Assembly (NCBI RefSeq): GCF_036919895.1
Contig: NZ_JBALBW010000007.1
Location: forward strand, 39,435 to 103,434
Reading direction: 5' to 3'
DNA: 64,000 nt
Source of the DNA: Nostoc sp.
Lineage (GTDB): Bacteria > Cyanobacteriota > Cyanobacteriia > Cyanobacteriales > Nostocaceae
Part shown: positions 38,623 to 47,535 of the stretch, piece by piece
Layout of the letters: each line of letters starts with the position of its first letter
Numbering within the stretch: position 1 is the first letter of the stretch
Notes under the pieces: generated by a model
What the model saw: the letters and a program-made list of their open reading frames with translations, nothing else
What the model was told of the DNA's origin: nothing
The model's database searches: none
Program-made: the position numbers and the translations under genes

Positions 38623-38803
38623 TTGACACTCCCACGGCTGTTAAACTCTTCGGTTCGCTCAACTTAACAAAAAGCCCTGGGATTCCTGCTATATATGGAT
38701 TCCAATGAATTTACCCTCTTCCAAGAGAAGATGCGAAGCGCGAACAGCAAGCATCTTGACTGTCTGCCCGACGGCTGCACACCCTCTATTAAAGACGATG
38801 CTG
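38623..38803 (-). mobile_element. IS200/IS605-family relic: TnpB C-terminus plus right-end hairpin
   Basis: Frame SIVFNRGCAAVGQTVKML..EEGKFIGI, then GGAATCCCAGGGCT[insert]AGCCGTGGGAGTGTCAA. Confidence 0.7.
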
Positions 38804-38909
38804 TATAGCCTTTCCTAATCACATGAGTTACATCATAGTCCCCTCATCGCTTGCGGGGAGTGGGTTGGGGGTGGGGTTCTTGTACTTCACTTGACTGAGA
38901 ACCGCTACA
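38804..38909. mobile_element. 106-bp MITE-like element
   Basis: tatagcctttcctaatcacatgagttac ... gtacttcacttgactgagaaccgctaca, imperfect 28-bp TIRs; G/C-rich hairpin core. Confidence 0.7.
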
Positions 38910-39012
38910 ATACCCAATCTCAAAACTCAAAAACTTTGCTTTTTTAATCACTTTTCGTTTAGATGCTTCGGTATTATAGGATGGACGGAGTGTTGCAAGG
39001 CGTGGGGCTATT

Positions 39013-39360
39013 ATGGCTCGCTATACGTGTTCGTTTATTCTTTCTGTTGCTAGTGACCATCTCCAGCCATTACTTGTAGAACTTCTACAGGACTGTCAGT
39101 TGGATATTCAATACCACACGGGCGATTACATTATCGCTCGTCAGACTCCTGGCAATGTGCCTTTTCCTAAATTGATCACAGTAGAAGTACTGATTGATAA
39201 ATCAAAATCTACTGAAACAGAAACCAAGATGAGTATTGTGATTAAAAATGAAGAATTACCACTCCAACTAGATAATTACTGCCGACAAATGTTTGAATTT
39301 ATCAAGCAGACTATTGAAAATAGCCGCCATTGGCATTTGATTGAAAGTCTTGCAGGATAG
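39013..39360 (+). CDS. Conserved hypothetical protein
   Basis: 115-aa ORF with typical host composition, NEELPL motif. Confidence 0.75.
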   Translation: MARYTCSFILSVASDHLQPLLVELLQDCQLDIQYHTGDYIIARQTPGNVPFPKLITVEVLIDKSKSTETETKMSIVIKNEELPLQLDNYCRQMFEFIKQTIENSRHWHLIESLAG

Positions 39361-39374
39361 TTTTGGTAATTGAA

Positions 39375-39410
39375 TTGACAATCCCACGGCTTTTAGCCGT
39401 GAGAGTGTCA
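39375..39410. mobile_element. Minimal IS605-end-like palindrome
   Basis: ttgacaatcccacggct-ttt-agccgtgagagtgtca; same stem as at 38623. Confidence 0.65.
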
Positions 39411-39432
39411 GAATTTGATTGGTAGTTAGAAT

Positions 39433-39873
39433 TTAATCTCCCAGATCCTCTAAATCCTCGGCCATACCGGGGTTTATTAGTGTAATGTCGTACTCGCTCG
39501 AATCCGTTTGTCCCAAACGCTGAGTGTTTTTTAAAAGGTAATAAATGGCACGGACTTGAGGGCCAAAAACGATCTCGTCTTCATTTCTAAGATCGTGGTT
39601 TGGTATCTTACGTCCATTAATCATCAAACCGTTGGAACTTGCCTTACCTTTGGCATCGCCATCTACAATCCGGTAATAGTAGCTATGGCTATTATGCCCT
39701 CGTGGCAATCTTACTAATGTGGCATGGCGGCGGGAGACAAACTGCGACATCAAACGGATATTACATTCGCGGTCTCTACCTATAGAGTAGACGGGTTGCT
39801 CCAGAGAAAATTCTTTGCGACCTTGATCGTCTTCAATAATCAGTAGATGGTTTTCATTATTTTCTGCTGCCAT
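39433..39873 (-). CDS. FHA-domain protein
   Basis: SIGRD, VSRRHA, SSNG, LRNEDEIVFG; likely start MAAENN. Confidence 0.9.
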   Translation of the reverse strand: MAAENNENHLLIIEDDQGRKEFSLEQPVYSIGRDRECNIRLMSQFVSRRHATLVRLPRGHNSHSYYYRIVDGDAKGKASSNGLMINGRKIPNHDLRNEDEIVFGPQVRAIYYLLKNTQRLGQTDSSEYDITLINPGMAEDLEDLGD

Positions 39874-40083
39874 TGACAAATCGGTGTAACTGTGATATAT
39901 CAAGATTTGTTTAGGATCGTATTTTGCCATTTTCGCGCACCGTTAGTCTGTGGTGCTAATCTAAATAAGCTTGAAAGAGTAGAACTTGGTCGTTCTACTC
40001 CAGTAGCTATGATAGCTTTTGTAGGTACTTCAACAGGCTTTGTGATTTGTGTAAGTTTAACAAAATCTGCTAATAACTAATTT

Positions 40084-40134
40084 GTAGTGACGTTCTCTAC
40101 AGGCAAGGCAGCATCTCGTAGAGAACGTCACTAC
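40084..40134. repeat. Perfect 17-bp-arm inverted repeat (terminator or REP-like)
   Basis: gtagtgacgttctctac-17 nt-gtagagaacgtcactac. Confidence 0.75.
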
Positions 40135-40208
40135 GAATTACGAGTTGTTAACTTGAGATCGGAATAACTAAGATTTGTGAGGGGAAATTTAAGATGCAAA
40201 AAAGTATT

Positions 40209-42686
40209 CTAAGGGTGATGAGCTAATCGCCGTAATAATATTGAGTTTGTGACGACGCTAACAGAGCTAAAAGCCATTAATGCAGCAGCACTAGATGGAT
40301 TAAGGACAAAACCCAGACTAGGGAACAAAACACCTGCTGCTAAAGGAATGCCAACTGTATTATATGCAAAAGCCCAGAATAAATTTTGGCGGATTTTTTT
40401 GAAGGTGGCACGACTAAGCTGAATAGATTCGACGACATCGTTTAGGCGATCGCGCATTAGGATAATTTCAGCAGTTTCCATCGCCACATCTGTCCCGGAG
40501 TGTAAAGCAATTCCTACATCTGCTTGGGATAAAGCTGGAGCATCATTGATTCCATCTCCGACCATTGCCACAACGGACTGGGGATTCGGTATCGGGGATT
40601 GGGTATTAGGCAGAATTTTCCCTAGTCGCCAGTCCCTAGTCCCCAATCCCTCTTTCTGGAGAGACTGGATTGCCGCCGCCTTTTTGGCTGGGGGAACACC
40701 TGCGATTACGTCAGTGCTGTCTAATCCTAGTTGTTTGGCTATGGCGTTAGCTGCTTCTTGGCGATCGCCACTGAGCAACATTACCCGTAGACCCATCTGG
40801 CGCAATTTGTCTACAGTCGATTGGGCATCTGGTCTGAGGGGATCGGAAACAGCAATTAGCCCAGCTAAAGTTCCCCCAACTGCTACACAAACGACTGTTT
40901 TACCATCCGTTGCTAAATCCTGTGCTAACTGTTGTGCTGTTTCGCTAATATCAATGCCGTGCCAACTCAACCAGTCCCAGTTACCTAACAATACAACCGT
41001 GTTTTCTACTACAGCAGAGATTCCCAATCCTGGTTCCGTGTGAAAGTCCACAGCCTCTGGAATAGATAATTTTTGCCTGAGTGCTTCTTGCTGAATCGCT
41101 TTTGCTAACGGGTGGTGAGTACCGTTTTCTACAGCTGCTGCTAGTTGTAATAGAGATTGGGAATTCCTAGTCCTCAGTCCCCAGTCCCCAGTCCCCGATC
41201 CCTCAATTAACAGACAATCTGTAACGATGGGATTACCTGTGGTCAGAGTGCCAGTTTTATCAAATACTACAGTGTCTAACTGGTGAACTTTTTCTAAAAC
41301 ATCACCGCCTTTGATTAACAAACCCCTCTCTGCGCCCATAGCAGTCCCGACCAGAATGGCTGTTGGGGTGGCAAGTCCTAAAGCGCAGGGACAGGCGACC
41401 ACCATAACTGCGATCGCTAGTTTTAAGCTGATTAATAGGGGAGAGTGGGGAACTTCATGTGTAGCGTGACCCATCATTTCCATACCACCAGACATGGTGA
41501 TATCAGTCCAGATGTGAGTGCCAAAAAAGTACCAAAAGACAAATGTTAATGCAGATGCTGTCAATACCCCGTAGGTAAAGTAACCAGCTACTGTATCCGC
41601 TAATTTCTGTACTGGGGCTTTCCGAGTTTGGGCGGCTTCTACTAAAGCGACAATTTGAGCTAGAGTTGTATCACTTCCAGTCCGGGTTGTCTGAATAGCG
41701 ATCGCTCCTGACTGATTTATTGTCCCCCCTGTCACCAAATCTCCTGGTTGCTTAATTACTGGCACGGCTTCCCCAGTCAACATGGATTCATCGACTGTTG
41801 TTTGACCAACCACCACTTCACCATCCACAGGGATTTTATCACCAGGCAGCACTTTTAACCATTCACCAACCCGCACCTGTTCAGCAGGAATCTCTACACT
41901 AGAAGATCCCACTCCGTCTTTTTCTGGGTTAGCAATCAATCGCGCTACCTGTGGCTGGAGTGCTAGCAATTTTCTAAATGCAGCAGCAGCGCGACCTCTA
42001 GCTTGTTGTTCTAATGTCTTTCCTAAAATAATAAAGCCCAGCATCATTACTGGTTCGTCAAAGAAGCACTCCCAACCCAATTGGGGAAACAGCAGCGCTA
42101 CTAAACTAGCAATGTAGGCTGTCAGTGTTCCTAATCCGATCAGGGTGTTCATGTTGGGCGCATTTCGCCGCCAGCCCAGCCAGCCGTCCACTAAAATCGG
42201 GCGACCAGGAATTAATAGTGCCACTGTCGCCAGTCCACAGTGAAACCAGATGTTATTTAGTAGTGGCAGCACTGAGCTACCAAGATTACCAAAATGTCCA
42301 CTTGCCGACAATAACAGCAATATTGCAGCGATCGCCAACTGCCTTAAAGAAGACTGCATTTCTCGGCGTTGTCGTTCTGCTGGGTCTGATAAGGTAGACA
42401 TCTCGCCTACTACTGTGCCCCTAGCTTTTCGGGGTTGAGTCGGGAATCCAACGGCTGTTAATTGCTGTGCTAGTGCATCTGCATCTACCGCACCAGTTTC
42501 TGACTCTACAACTGCTACCTCTGTAGCCAGGTTCACACAGGCACTCTTGACTCCTGGATGTTGGGTTAGCTGTCGTTCTACCGCATTCACACACCCAGCA
42601 CACTTCATGCCCCCAACATCAAGAATAATTTTCTCTATGATTGGGTCAAGTTCTGGGGCTAGCTTAGTTTTTGGGACAAGTTGCAT
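40209..42686 (-). CDS. ctaA: Copper-transporting P1B-type ATPase (CtaA-like)
   Basis: [51 protein letters not shown]. Confidence 0.92.
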   Translation of the reverse strand: MQLVPKTKLAPELDPIIEKIILDVGGMKCAGCVNAVERQLTQHPGVKSACVNLATEVAVVESETGAVDADALAQQLTAVGFPTQPRKARGTVVGEMSTLSDPAERQRREMQSSLRQLAIAAILLLLSASGHFGNLGSSVLPLLNNIWFHCGLATVALLIPGRPILVDGWLGWRRNAPNMNTLIGLGTLTAYIASLVALLFPQLGWECFFDEPVMMLGFIILGKTLEQQARGRAAAAFRKLLALQPQVARLIANPEKDGVGSSSVEIPAEQVRVGEWLKVLPGDKIPVDGEVVVGQTTVDESMLTGEAVPVIKQPGDLVTGGTINQSGAIAIQTTRTGSDTTLAQIVALVEAAQTRKAPVQKLADTVAGYFTYGVLTASALTFVFWYFFGTHIWTDITMSGGMEMMGHATHEVPHSPLLISLKLAIAVMVVACPCALGLATPTAILVGTAMGAERGLLIKGGDVLEKVHQLDTVVFDKTGTLTTGNPIVTDCLLIEGSGTGDWGLRTRNSQSLLQLAAAVENGTHHPLAKAIQQEALRQKLSIPEAVDFHTEPGLGISAVVENTVVLLGNWDWLSWHGIDISETAQQLAQDLATDGKTVVCVAVGGTLAGLIAVSDPLRPDAQSTVDKLRQMGLRVMLLSGDRQEAANAIAKQLGLDSTDVIAGVPPAKKAAAIQSLQKEGLGTRDWRLGKILPNTQSPIPNPQSVVAMVGDGINDAPALSQADVGIALHSGTDVAMETAEIILMRDRLNDVVESIQLSRATFKKIRQNLFWAFAYNTVGIPLAAGVLFPSLGFVLNPSSAAALMAFSSVSVVTNSILLRRLAHHP

Positions 42687-43077
42687 GGCTTGTGTTTAGA
42701 TTCGCTACAGAAATTCAACGCCTGACAAAAAGCGTCTCTAATTTGAGCGTAGGCGAAATATGGAACTACGACTGTATGTCAACCCTATTAAATTTCTTAA
42801 TTTATTGTACTTTGCTGAAAGTCAATGACGGTTCCAGCGGAAATAAGTCACATAGATAATAGCTACCACTTGCATTGGCGCGATCGCAATCAGGCTTTTT
42901 AAGAAATAGTTGATTTCCAAATGAGACATAACGCTGAAATACCCTATGCCCAACAAGAAGAACATTGCCCAGTTAAGCTGTTTAGGTTTGAAAATGAGCA
43001 TATCAATAAAAATAAATAATCAGAAGTAGAAGTGGCGTATAACTACTGCTATCTCCTGCAATAACAGCCTTCTTACA

Positions 43078-43353
43078 CTAGAACCAGCCCTGTTTATTCA
43101 CAAAGTAGGTATTTACAAATTCTTCAGGCGACTTATTCAAGTAGATCATGCCTTCAATTAAACCTACAAGTAGCATAATTACCAAGGTAATGCCGTAGGT
43201 AAAGGAACCCCCGACTAGAGAAATCACCAACATGATAAAGCCTTCTGGAGCATATCCTAAAATAAATTTATGAACCCCAAATCCTCCCAGGATAATGCCA
43301 CAGTAACCAGCTAGAAGTTGTTTGGTAGGGTGACTGGGGTTGAGATTTGCCAT
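43078..43353 (-). CDS. TM2/NINE-domain membrane protein
   Basis: GIILGGFGVHKFILGY, IEGMIYL. Confidence 0.88.
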   Translation of the reverse strand: MANLNPSHPTKQLLAGYCGIILGGFGVHKFILGYAPEGFIMLVISLVGGSFTYGITLVIMLLVGLIEGMIYLNKSPEEFVNTYFVNKQGWF

Positions 43354-43956
43354 ATTAAGTGCTGCTCCTTGGTAAGTGAGGTATAAAAATAAAGTCTTTA
43401 TTGGAATAAAAGCAAGTATAGTTACTCACCTAATAAATAGATTTTAATTTTTCAGTACAAGTAAGTTCCAAGACAAATAGCCAAAATCACCGTACTTATA
43501 CTTCAGAGGAAACGCTAAAATATTTTGCGGCATAGCCTGAAAATCTGGCGTTCCTTAATAAATTTTGCTGGATTTGACGATCGCAAACCCTGATGCAGCA
43601 GTTTTGCAGATTTTTAGATCAGACATTTTTCTTGAGAAGAATGAACCTCAATAATCAGCAAAAACTACTACACCACTTTTTACAAGTCCATCAGTATTAT
43701 TTCCGGATTTTTTTTCCGATGGCTTCCAGTAGGCGTGAAATACTATCGCACCAATGATGAAACCAGTTATTGGCTAAAATCATCCCGATGAGAATAAATG
43801 CTTAACTAGATATTTTGATTGTCTATGTTAACAGCATTCTTTGATTGGCTTTTCAGGTAGTATTTATGCTTATGACCAATTATAACTAGTAAGTTGTTCT
43901 TACATAAGCAGATAAAATCAGATATTTCCAGTTTTGACAACAGTAACATCATAGTG

Positions 43957-45531
43957 TTAATTGCTACCCAAAACGAATAGACTTAATAATGTACCACTAT
44001 TCCAGAGGCTGTGAAGGAGCATAGGAGCAAGGAGATTGCGCGATCGCGTGTAAACTACCCCTAAAACAATCCCTAATGCAGTCAGGGGAAGAATTTCTGA
44101 CAAGCTGAGGTGAGCGATCGCAAACAACAAACTACTAATCAAAATCGATCCCCACACGGGTAAGTAGCGAGTTAGAGAGGGTAACAAAAAGCCACGAAAT
44201 AGGATTTCTTCAAAAAATGGGGCTGCGATCGCGGCTGTAGAGAAAAATATGCCCAGTGCTATACCATCTCGGCTTTCTAGAGCTAGTTGCAACAGGGGGT
44301 TACTACCACCCTGTCCTTGCCATAGCTGTTGATTAATCAAAGATACCACCACAACTATAGGTAAAGCCGTGCAATAGCCTCCCAGTCCCCACCAAAACCA
44401 ATTATCTTGAAAACGGAAGCGAAACCAGAATTGCGGTAATGGGAAAAACGGCTTGAGAGAGAAATACAGCACTAACAGCGCACCTAACGCCACCAATAGG
44501 TAACTAACCAAAACAGAAAACGCCTGAAGTCGCACATCAACAATAGGACGCGGGATGGGTAACACCGATATCACCAAGGGCACAAAAATTTGCCCCATAA
44601 AGAAAAAGCCTACAATAAAAACCTGCAAAACCGTTTCACCATCCCAAGGCGTTGACCAAGGGACATCAGAATTTTGAGCTAGTAACGAGGCTTTTCCTTT
44701 CAACAAGCGTTGAGCAAATAATAAAATCAGCAGTATTAGACCAATTAAAGCTGCCAAAGTGGGAATAGTCCCAATAACGGCTAATTTCAACACTGCTTGA
44801 GCCGCAGACTCTTGTTGTGCAGCTTTAACTGCTAATAAAGCGTCTTCTCGTTGTTGGAGTTGGTATAACTTAACCAAAGCATTTGAGCGAAACCAACCTT
44901 CTAAATTCTTTTGAATCCGTTCTTGAGCATTTTGAAGCAGACGGGGAGGATTGCTCCACAGTCCACTTAATACAGAGGCGGTTTCCCCAAATTCTGGATT
45001 GATATTTGAGCGTTGTTGTAATTCGCTCCAAGTCTTGAGGGCTGTATCCGTTTGTCCTTGCTGTGCTTGTAATATTCCCAGGCGCAAGTCTAATTCAGCC
45101 AGTAATTTCTGGAGTTGTTTGAGGGATTGCTGTAACTGTTTCTGTCCCTGTTTAGAGGTTTTAGTTGTGGGAGGAACGTTAGGTACAGGTTTTGGAAGTG
45201 TGGGAGTGATGTCAGGTTGAGAGCCTAATTGTGCAAGTTTGCTGTTAACTTTGTCCAAATTAGCTTGAACTGATTGACGCGCCTCCTCATACTGCTTTGT
45301 GGAGCTTTCCAAGGGTTGATCGCCAAGTATCGCTGCTCGAATCGTCTGGAGATTGCGATCGCTGCTATCTTCAGATTGCCAAGCTTGGGCTTGGAGAGCA
45401 ATATTAGTTTGGTACAATTCTAGGCGACTTTGAAACTGAGGTTCTTGCCAACTACTGAATAAAGCCGAAACTGCCAAAAGAACTGCAATCGGTGTCAGTA
45501 TAAAAATTAAAATTAACCGCTTGAGTGTCAT
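43957..45531 (-). CDS. CPBP (CAAX/Abi) intramembrane glutamic protease
   Basis: APFFEEILFRG, FAIAH, LHSLWN motifs after a long periplasmic helical region. Confidence 0.92.
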   Translation of the reverse strand: MTLKRLILIFILTPIAVLLAVSALFSSWQEPQFQSRLELYQTNIALQAQAWQSEDSSDRNLQTIRAAILGDQPLESSTKQYEEARQSVQANLDKVNSKLAQLGSQPDITPTLPKPVPNVPPTTKTSKQGQKQLQQSLKQLQKLLAELDLRLGILQAQQGQTDTALKTWSELQQRSNINPEFGETASVLSGLWSNPPRLLQNAQERIQKNLEGWFRSNALVKLYQLQQREDALLAVKAAQQESAAQAVLKLAVIGTIPTLAALIGLILLILLFAQRLLKGKASLLAQNSDVPWSTPWDGETVLQVFIVGFFFMGQIFVPLVISVLPIPRPIVDVRLQAFSVLVSYLLVALGALLVLYFSLKPFFPLPQFWFRFRFQDNWFWWGLGGYCTALPIVVVVSLINQQLWQGQGGSNPLLQLALESRDGIALGIFFSTAAIAAPFFEEILFRGFLLPSLTRYLPVWGSILISSLLFAIAHLSLSEILPLTALGIVLGVVYTRSRNLLAPMLLHSLWNSGTLLSLFVLGSN

Positions 45532-45639
45532 CTATCCCCCTTTGACTAACAGTGGAGAGCGCGTCCCCCTTGGGAATTATCGCAATAAAAAGTCAGAGGT
45601 GGATAGATATCATCAATATTATAAGTTTGCTATGAATGT

Positions 45640-45668
45640 GCATAGGCGTAGCCCGTCGTAGATATCGC
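45640..45668. repeat. Second SDR5-like 21-mer in a (degenerate) HIP1 site
   Basis: GCA|taggcgtagcccgtcgtagat|ATCGC; 15/21 identical to the reverse complement of 446-466. Confidence 0.7.
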
Positions 45669-45675
45669 ACCCACC

Positions 45676-45826
45676 ATGTTAAATTACAACCCATTGCACT
45701 GCTTACCCTCCGCCGAGGATCTGCCCGATTCTGACGATGAACCGGGCGATCGCTGCTGAACAACGCGCTCAAAGGTTGGCACAAGAATTACAAAGGTTGG
45801 GGATAGATCCAGATTCTTTGAGTTGA
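45676..45826 (+). pseudogene. Uma2-family gene with internal deletion (N- and C-termini joined out of frame)
   Basis: MLNYNPLHCLPSAEDLPDSDDEP joined at GGCGATCGC to AIAAEQRAQRLAQELQRLGIDPDSLS*. Confidence 0.8.
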
Positions 45827-46054
45827 TGTGGTTAATTCAGATAAACCTAGTCTTTGTTTGACTGATTGCCATGTTGAACCTTGGCTTGCGTTTTGGTGAT
45901 GTATCTCCAAGCGTCTATCTAATTCTTGTTTTTGGCCGTCGTTGAGAGGAACTTCATTGGGTGTAGTAAGAATGCTATCCCATAATTCCTGGGCAAGCTG
46001 TATACGTTCAGATACACTTAGTTCGGAAATATCGATTTTTATTATGTGGTGCAT
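45788..46054 (-). CDS. TIGR02574-like addiction-module antitoxin; no toxin, native stop apparently lost
   Basis: LSVSERIQLAQELWDSI..QKQELDRRL..TWQSVKQRL. Confidence 0.8.
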   Translation of the reverse strand: MHHIIKIDISELSVSERIQLAQELWDSILTTPNEVPLNDGQKQELDRRLEIHHQNASQGSTWQSVKQRLGLSELTTSTQRIWIYPQPL

Positions 46055-46349
46055 GGTTGTTGTTACAGCAGTTTTTTATCAAACCCACCACAAAAATAAA
46101 TCCCAAAACAAAGTCCAATATTGGTTTTAGTACTTTTAACTGTGGCACGTTTGATTAAAATTCGCTGTAATATAGTTACTCAATCGATACTAGTACATGT
46201 ATGTCTACGCATTTTATTTAAGGTTATGCGATCGCCTTTTAGACTCAAACAAGCAATATATTTTGATTCTTTGCTCTTTTTGATACACTAATGCCACTGT
46301 TAGATTAGAGTAGTGCATTAGACACAGCGTGACTTCGTAATTAGACTCA

Positions 46350-47471
46350 ATGACAAACATTCAGATTAAAGAACGCAAAGTTGTTGAACTTCATCCCCAT
46401 CCCAAAAATGACAGTATTTACGGCGACGAAGATATTGAGCAACTAGCCCAAGATATTAAAAGGTCTAAATGGGTCAAACCGCTTATTGTTACACCAGAGG
46501 GTACAATCATCAGTGGACATCGGCGTTGGAAAGCAGTGTCATCTCTTGGATGGACAACAGTTCCCGTTGAAGAAAAAGAGTTTACTGATGAAATAGCTGA
46601 ATTAGAAGCTCTGTTACTGGAGAATGCTAATAGAGAAAAGACTATAGAACAAAAATGTCGAGAAGGATTAACTTGGGAGGCTATTGAGCGAACTAACTCT
46701 CGTCAGCGTCAGGGAATTAAAGGATCTGGTGTGGGGACTACTAGGGATATGGTAGCGAAGAGGGTTAGTCTGGGAAGTGGTATTAATTATGAGAAGGCTA
46801 GTAAAGTTGTATCAACTATTGATGAGGCACTTTTAGTTGGTAATATTGCAAAAGCAGAGGCATTGCGAAAGACATTGAACCACAAAAGTGTAAATGCGGC
46901 TTTCAAAATGATTAGCAGTATTGAAAATATTAGTGAAACCCAACATAGCGAAACACAACACACACAAATGCAGTGGATATTAGCTAAGTTAGGTCAAAAG
47001 CTCTGTGGCTCAGTGTGGATTGCTTCTAACGATCGCTCACGTATATGGGAGAAAGAAAAATTAGGCAGCTTAAGTATGGATTCTTTGCCACAATTAGGAA
47101 TTCGTAATGATGCACAAAAAACAGTTGCACTTATTGATGTAGTTTGGCTGAGTGGTGATAATCAGATTACAGCAGCTTTCGAGATTGAATGTACTACGTC
47201 TATTTACTCAGGGTTACTAAGAATGGCAGATTTAGTTGCTCTTGTTCCAAATTTAAATTTTCCACTTTATGTAGTCGTTCCTCTGTCCCGTGTTGCGAAA
47301 GTTAAGAAAGAATTGTCTAGACCAAGTTTTCAAACTCTTAAAATGAATAATAAATGTAATTGGATAGTGCTTGAAGATTTAGTTCAAGAATGGGAAGCTA
47401 TTATGAAATATGGTACAGAATTAGATGCTATAAATAGATTGTCTCATAGCCTGAATAAGATTAAAAACTAA
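46350..47471 (+). CDS. ParB/Srx domain - HTH - restriction-endonuclease-like (PD-(D/E)XK) fusion
   Basis: PLIV..IISGHRRWKA and ENANRE (ParB); TRDMVAKRVSLGSG (HTH-like); C-terminal VWIASNDR, LIDVVW, AFEIECTTSIYSGLLRMADL. Confidence 0.8.
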   Translation: MTNIQIKERKVVELHPHPKNDSIYGDEDIEQLAQDIKRSKWVKPLIVTPEGTIISGHRRWKAVSSLGWTTVPVEEKEFTDEIAELEALLLENANREKTIEQKCREGLTWEAIERTNSRQRQGIKGSGVGTTRDMVAKRVSLGSGINYEKASKVVSTIDEALLVGNIAKAEALRKTLNHKSVNAAFKMISSIENISETQHSETQHTQMQWILAKLGQKLCGSVWIASNDRSRIWEKEKLGSLSMDSLPQLGIRNDAQKTVALIDVVWLSGDNQITAAFEIECTTSIYSGLLRMADLVALVPNLNFPLYVVVPLSRVAKVKKELSRPSFQTLKMNNKCNWIVLEDLVQEWEAIMKYGTELDAINRLSHSLNKIKN

Positions 47472-47535
47472 ATCTAAGCATATATATTTTTTAGAAAAAG
47501 CTAGCTAATAATTAGATTAGTGAATAAGCTATACT

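Noticed and set aside
43660-43800. Possible frameshifted small membrane gene on the minus strand (AFILIGMILA..GFIIGAIVFHAYW)
   Set aside because: No start codon or family motif; too short to support
46350-47471. Ordinary chromosome or plasmid partition ParB
   Set aside because: No parA or rep gene; the C-terminus is nuclease-like rather than a dimerisation domain
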